A stretch of DNA of 64,000 bases from Verrucomicrobiota bacterium. GTDB lineage: Bacteria; Verrucomicrobiota; Kiritimatiellia; CAJWTS01. The translations under genes were made by a program, and so were the position numbers. The stretch's first letter is position 1, and every line of letters starts with the position of its first letter. The stretch is taken from the NCBI GenBank assembly GCA_027623315.1, contig JAQBYD010000011.1, forward strand, positions 4,108 to 68,107, given 5' to 3'. The notes beneath the pieces were generated by a model. That model did no database searches and had not been told where the DNA came from. It was given only the letters and a program-made list of their open reading frames with translations. Below are positions 59,586-64,000 of this stretch, in pieces.

Positions 59586-61322
59586 ATGAGTGATTCAACC
59601 CAGCAGCCGATCAGTACGCAGCTCACGCAACTGGCCCGCGACGCCTTTCAGGAGGTCTTTAGTGGGACGGAGCTAGACCTGGCGTCGATCGAGGTCGTGC
59701 AGGCCACCAGTTCGGAATTCGGTGACTACCAGTGCAATTCCTCTCTTTCGCTGGCAAAGGCGCTGAAGCGGCCGCCGCGGGCGATCGCCGAAGCCGTTGT
59801 GGGGCTGCTGGAGGCCGACGAGCGAGTATCTGGCATCGAGATCGCAGGCCCGGGCTTCATTAACTTTCATCTGGAGGATGCGTGGCTGGCGCGCCACGTG
59901 AATGCGGCGGCGGCGGCGCCGCACATGGGCGTCCCACAGATTGGGGAGGGGGAGCGCATCCTGATGGATTACGGATCTCCGAACATCACCAAGCCGCTTC
60001 ATATCGGCCATTTGCGTTCGCACAATATCGGTTCCACACTTGATCGCGTTCTGCGTTTTCTTGGTTACGCGGTGACGGCGGACAATCATCTGGGAGATTG
60101 GGGTACGCAATTCGGGATCACGCTTCGAGGATGGCTTGAATCTGGAGATGAAGATCGTCTGAAGCATGAGCCGATGGAGGAGCTGGAGCGCGTTTACGTC
60201 GCCAGCTACGAGCGCAGCCGTGAAGACAAGGACTGGCTGACGGAATGTCGTGAGACGCTGGTCCGTTTACAGTCCGGCGACGCGGAGTGCCTCCGAATCT
60301 GGCAACGGTTCGTGGATTTAAGTATCGAGGAGCTTGACCGGATCTACGCGCGCATCGGCGTGACTTACGATCTCGTGCGGGGAGAAAGCCATTATCACGA
60401 GAAGCTGGAACCGATGGTTGGAAAGCTTATCGATGCCGGGCTTGCACAGCCCAGCGAAGGTGCACTCGTCGTGTTTCTCGAAGAGGAGAAGCTTGCGCCT
60501 TGCATGGTGCGCAAGAGCGATGGCGGGTTCAACTACGCGACGACGGACCTGGCGACGTTGGAGAGCCGGGTCGCCGAGTTCAATCCCAGCAAGATTATCT
60601 ATGTGACGGATGACCGGCAGAAACTTCACTTTCAGCAGGTGTTCGCGATCAGTCGCAGACTGGGCCATACGGTTGAGCTGATCCATGTCGCGTTCGGCCT
60701 GATGCGGCTTCCCGAGGCGACGTTCTCCACGCGCGAGGGGAACGTGATCAAGCTTGAGGCGCTGCTGGACGAAGCGGAGCGGCGGGCGGGTGATGTCGTG
60801 CGCGAGTCGAGCACCGATCTCGACAGCGCCGAGCAGGCCCGGATTGCGGCGATGGTTGGCGTCGGCGCCGTGAAGTACGCTGACTTGAGCCAGAACCCAC
60901 AGAGCCTCGTCACCTTCACCTGGGAGAAAGCGCTGAGTCTGGATGGAAACTCCGCGCCGTACCTTCAGTACGCCCACGCCAGGATCTGCAGTGTTCTCAG
61001 GAAGTTCGAGGAACGGTTTCCGGAGGCGGATCTGACGGGGGTCGTGCCGTCGTTAGGCGAGCCCACGGAGAGGGATATTGCGGTACACCTGGCGCGCTTT
61101 CCCGAGTGCCTGGTGAGCGTCGCTGAAACGTATCGCCCGAATCTTCTGGCTGATTACTTGTTCGAATTGGCAGGGAGGTATAGTCGCTTCTACCAGAATG
61201 TGCCCTTTCTCAAGGCTCCCGAGGGTGTGCGCGAAAGTCGCCTGCGGCTTTGTCAGCTTGTGCTCTCAACCTTGCGCACGGGTCTCGAGCTGCTCGGGAT
61301 TCAAGCGCCGGATCGTATTTAG
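59586..61322 (+). CDS. argS: Arginine--tRNA ligase
   Basis: Internal start MSDSTQQPIS of ORF 59478..61322. HIGH-type motif PNITKPLHIGHLRS. DALR anticodon-binding C-terminal domain. Confidence 0.95.
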   Translation: MSDSTQQPISTQLTQLARDAFQEVFSGTELDLASIEVVQATSSEFGDYQCNSSLSLAKALKRPPRAIAEAVVGLLEADERVSGIEIAGPGFINFHLEDAWLARHVNAAAAAPHMGVPQIGEGERILMDYGSPNITKPLHIGHLRSHNIGSTLDRVLRFLGYAVTADNHLGDWGTQFGITLRGWLESGDEDRLKHEPMEELERVYVASYERSREDKDWLTECRETLVRLQSGDAECLRIWQRFVDLSIEELDRIYARIGVTYDLVRGESHYHEKLEPMVGKLIDAGLAQPSEGALVVFLEEEKLAPCMVRKSDGGFNYATTDLATLESRVAEFNPSKIIYVTDDRQKLHFQQVFAISRRLGHTVELIHVAFGLMRLPEATFSTREGNVIKLEALLDEAERRAGDVVRESSTDLDSAEQARIAAMVGVGAVKYADLSQNPQSLVTFTWEKALSLDGNSAPYLQYAHARICSVLRKFEERFPEADLTGVVPSLGEPTERDIAVHLARFPECLVSVAETYRPNLLADYLFELAGRYSRFYQNVPFLKAPEGVRESRLRLCQLVLSTLRTGLELLGIQAPDRI

Positions 61323-61405
61323 CCTTTTCGAGTCGATGCACCAGGTCTAGACTCCCGGGCTTACTCTATGGAAATGGTATGGGACGAACTAAGGAGGAGC
61401 GTGGA

Positions 61406-61987
61406 ATGAAAGATGGACATAGTCAACGTGGTGGTTTGCGATGGTACGAGATCCTGTATGCCCTGGTCCTGCTGATCTTGCTGTTCTTCGGGCTCGTCGT
61501 GAATAAGCCGGCGCGAGTCGGTGTGGTCGACATCGGGGAGGTCATGAGCGAGTTGGGTATCAGCGCCGCATTGACCCAGGCCAGCAAGGATATTCAGGGC
61601 GATATCGGTCGCGAGATGCAGGAGATGCAGAAGGAATATGCGGCCGCCTACGAGGCGCTGTCCAGCCAGGCCGAAGCCGCCGAAGGCGACGAGGGCGCTC
61701 TGCAAGGCCAGATCAATACGCTTCAGGCTGATATGCGGCGCGCGACGTCCACGCTGGTCGCCGACAGCCAGCGACGTCAGCAGCATATGCTGGCGGAGTA
61801 TCGCGCACGATTGCAGCGGTATATCAACCAGGTTGCGGAGAAGGAGGGCGTCTCGCTGGTGGCGACGAAGGGTTCGCACCTGGCGTACTACCGGTCCTCG
61901 ATTGGGTTGACCGATGCCGTGATCGAGGCCGCCCGGCCCGACGCGGCGAAGCTGGCGCAGTCGCTTGATCCGGAGGATGCCGAGTAG
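61406..61987 (+). CDS. OmpH/Skp-like periplasmic chaperone
   Basis: Internal start MKDGHS after AAGGAGG. Signal anchor, VGVVDIGEV (compare Skp KIAVVD), and a long coiled-coil Q/A/E-rich body. Confidence 0.65.
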   Translation: MKDGHSQRGGLRWYEILYALVLLILLFFGLVVNKPARVGVVDIGEVMSELGISAALTQASKDIQGDIGREMQEMQKEYAAAYEALSSQAEAAEGDEGALQGQINTLQADMRRATSTLVADSQRRQQHMLAEYRARLQRYINQVAEKEGVSLVATKGSHLAYYRSSIGLTDAVIEAARPDAAKLAQSLDPEDAE

Positions 61988-62077
61988 ATCGTAAGACGTG
62001 GGTTGTTAGGCGATTGAACGGAACTCCTGCGTCGTGCGTCGTGCGGCGGTGGCGCTGTCGCGGAGTCGTATACGGTA

Positions 62078-62731
62078 TTGATGAGAATACTAGTTACAGC
62101 TGGACCGACTCGAGAGGCCATCGATCCGGTACGCTTTATCAGTAACCGTTCGTCGGGCAAGATGGGTTATGGTCTCGCGCGGGCCGCGCTGGATGCGGGG
62201 CATGAGGTCGTGCTGGTGAGCGGACCAGTTGCGATCGAGCCCCCGGCCGAAGCGAGGACGATCAACGTGGTTTCGGCCACTGAGATGCTGCAGGCAGTTC
62301 GTGCGGAGCTGCCGTCCTGCGACACGTTGATCATGGTCGCCGCGGTTTCGGACTGGCGTCCGCGCCGCGCGAGTGCCGAGAAGCTCAAGAAGTCCGAGAT
62401 GAGCGACCGACTCGAGTTGGAGCGGACGCCCGACATTCTGAGCGAAGTTTCCGATCTCAAGGGCGACCGGCTTTTCGTCGGCTTCGCCGCCGAAACCGAG
62501 GACCTGCTGGTGGAGGCCGAACGGAAATTGCGGGACAAGAATCTAGACTACATCGTGGCCAACGATGTCAGCCATCCCGAATGGGGCATGGAGAGCGAGT
62601 TCAACAAGGTCGTGCTGATCGGCGCGGATGGCACCCGTGAATCGATGCCCGTACTGCCCAAGCCCGAGGTAGCGCGCCTGCTTATCGAGCGCATCGGAGC
62701 CTATCGCGCCGCCTGCGTGTCGGGTTCATAG
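62078..62731 (+). CDS. coaB: Phosphopantothenate--cysteine ligase (CoaB, stand-alone DFP C-terminal domain)
   Basis: ILVTAGPTREAIDPVRFISNRSSGKMG, KK..E, and the ...AAVSDW... motifs. No fused CoaC flavoprotein domain. Confidence 0.8.
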   Translation: MMRILVTAGPTREAIDPVRFISNRSSGKMGYGLARAALDAGHEVVLVSGPVAIEPPAEARTINVVSATEMLQAVRAELPSCDTLIMVAAVSDWRPRRASAEKLKKSEMSDRLELERTPDILSEVSDLKGDRLFVGFAAETEDLLVEAERKLRDKNLDYIVANDVSHPEWGMESEFNKVVLIGADGTRESMPVLPKPEVARLLIERIGAYRAACVSGS

Positions 62732-62740
62732 ACGGGTTGC

Positions 62741-63481
62741 TTACTCGAATCCGGCTTCGCGATCGGATTGCGCGATAAACGCATTGACTGTCTCGTAGGC
62801 GCTGCCGAGATATTCGATCGTGCCGTCGTACATGGGGAGGGCGAAGACCACGACGAACAGGCTAAAGACGACACGCACGACTTGATTGTCGGATCGCGTG
62901 TAGAGATAGACGAACGAGTAGAGCGGAACGATCGTCGACATCACGCCGAAGAAGAACTCGTCCCGGTATGCCTCAAGCAGAATGATGATGTGAAAGGCGA
63001 GAAGGATGGGCGGCCCCCAGGTGTCCCCGAAGCGGTCGAGGGACGCGGCCATGCCGGGGTCGATCGGGCCCGCGTAGCGGTACCACGCCAGGGGCAAGCC
63101 GATGATGAGCAGGATGATCGCGCTGATAACCCCCGGTCCGAGGATGCGGGTTCGACTTTTTCTGGCCTTTTCGGAATCGACCTGAACTTCGGCAACCACG
63201 CGCGCGCCAGCGCCGGCGGCGGCATCGCCGGCCGCGGCCGAGCGGGCAGGGCGCCTGGCCACGCTGGCGCGCCGCCGGGATGGATCCGGTGGCTCGATGA
63301 CGACATTCCCGCTGGATTCGCCTTTCGGCATCTCTGCGTCAGCAGGGCCTGTCGCCTCGGCGCGGTTGGACAGCGCCATATCCGCGCCACACGATGGACA
63401 CTTCAAGTTCTCCGGTGTGGCGTACTCGGAGATCGTCAGCGTGTTGTCGCACGCGGCACAGGTGAGTTCTATGTCGGGCAT
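62741..63481 (-). CDS. Zinc-ribbon-containing hypothetical membrane protein
   Basis: ORF 62741..63598 with probable start MPDIELTCAACDNTL...CPSCGADM (CxxC...CxxC), then Ala-rich linker and 3-4 TM helices. Confidence 0.5.
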   Translation of the reverse strand: MPDIELTCAACDNTLTISEYATPENLKCPSCGADMALSNRAEATGPADAEMPKGESSGNVVIEPPDPSRRRASVARRPARSAAAGDAAAGAGARVVAEVQVDSEKARKSRTRILGPGVISAIILLIIGLPLAWYRYAGPIDPGMAASLDRFGDTWGPPILLAFHIIILLEAYRDEFFFGVMSTIVPLYSFVYLYTRSDNQVVRVVFSLFVVVFALPMYDGTIEYLGSAYETVNAFIAQSDREAGFE

Positions 63482-63500
63482 AACGTTGCCGAGGACAGGG

Positions 63501-64000
63501 CTACTTTCGCCTCGCATCGTGCGAGACGAGAAGGACGCGCGCGTGATCCGGTTCGTAGTGATGCGACAGAAGGGCATCGAGTGGGCGGTTGGGAGCATCC
63601 GCCGGCAACGTGATCAAGGTGATGGCGTCTTCGTACTCGCGAAACAAGTCGTGTTCGCCCATATTCTGGACCTCGTAGTTCCGCCATCCGGGTACAGGAT
63701 TCTCCGGCGCACACTGGACCGCAACGACCGCACATCCGGCGCCGCCGAATACGCGGTGTAGCCCGATCGCGGTGGCACCGGTACCGAAACCGGTGACCAC
63801 CGTGCGAATCTCCGATCGGGAGGGTAGTTGGTCGAGCAGGGCCGTTGCCCATGCCCCGACGCAGTCCACCATGGCGGGGTTGATCATCTGCTGCGGCCAG
63901 CGCCATCCGTCGGCGACGCGGCTCTGACAAACGGAGAATGCCTCCTCGATCGAGGCCGGCACCAGGATTTCGCCGCGGAATCCCTGCGCACCCAGGTACG
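63501..64000 (-). CDS. PLP-dependent enzyme (Trp-synthase-beta/cysteine-synthase fold) C-terminal part; gene continues beyond window end
   Basis: The frame is open to the window edge: ...FRGEILVPASIEEAF...VVTGFGTGATAIGL... (Gly-rich PLP phosphate loop), with stop at 63501. Confidence 0.4.
   Translation of the reverse strand, partial: YLGAQGFRGEILVPASIEEAFSVCQSRVADGWRWPQQMINPAMVDCVGAWATALLDQLPSRSEIRTVVTGFGTGATAIGLHRVFGGAGCAVVAVQCAPENPVPGWRNYEVQNMGEHDLFREYEDAITLITLPADAPNRPLDALLSHHYEPDHARVLLVSHDARRK

Overview
High-GC (about 63-65%) bacterial chromosomal window with a Planctomycetota/Verrucomicrobiota-like gene repertoire: sulfatases, Gfo/Idh/MocA oxidoreductases, PQQ-type beta-propeller proteins, pseudopilin(GspG)-like domains, and an S2 protein with an Ala/Lys/Pro-rich tail. 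Recognisable housekeeping genes: katG, acs, argS, tsf, rpsB, rpsU, trkA, trkH, mscL, cspA, rluB, hisI, coaB and tRNA-His. Part 1 calls are below. The features that stand out are listed here. (1) A colinear 12-kb plus-strand cluster (4.6-16.5 kb): two paralogous PQQ-like beta-propeller proteins, a TonB-dependent receptor, a DUF3311/sodium:solute symporter pair, a LuxC-like ALDH-superfamily reductase, a small membrane protein, a LuxE/PaaK-like adenylating enzyme and an Fe-alcohol dehydrogenase. I read this as a putative uptake-plus-carboxylate-to-alcohol reduction module with no luciferase genes, and it is my best candidate for an undescribed system. (2) A lower-GC (about 50%) accessory stretch (16.5-22.8 kb) of small hypothetical genes ending at tRNA-His. 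It contains a large nested inverted-repeat hairpin and a palindromic element that recurs at 53.66 kb. (3) A gene-decay hotspot (49-54 kb, plus 42.0-42.2 kb). It holds a MASE1-PAS sensor with two in-frame TGA codons (one replacing the conserved MASE1 Trp), a frameshifted Gfo/Idh/MocA gene, a truncated and frameshifted creatininase-like gene, and internally deleted remnants of a sulfatase, a histidine kinase and possibly a TIM-barrel gene. No CRISPR array, rRNA, integrase or transposase was recognised. Most start codons were chosen by eye, from signal peptides, Shine-Dalgarno spacing and homology logic, and may be off by a few codons. Several large antisense 'shadow' ORFs typical of high-GC DNA were discarded.
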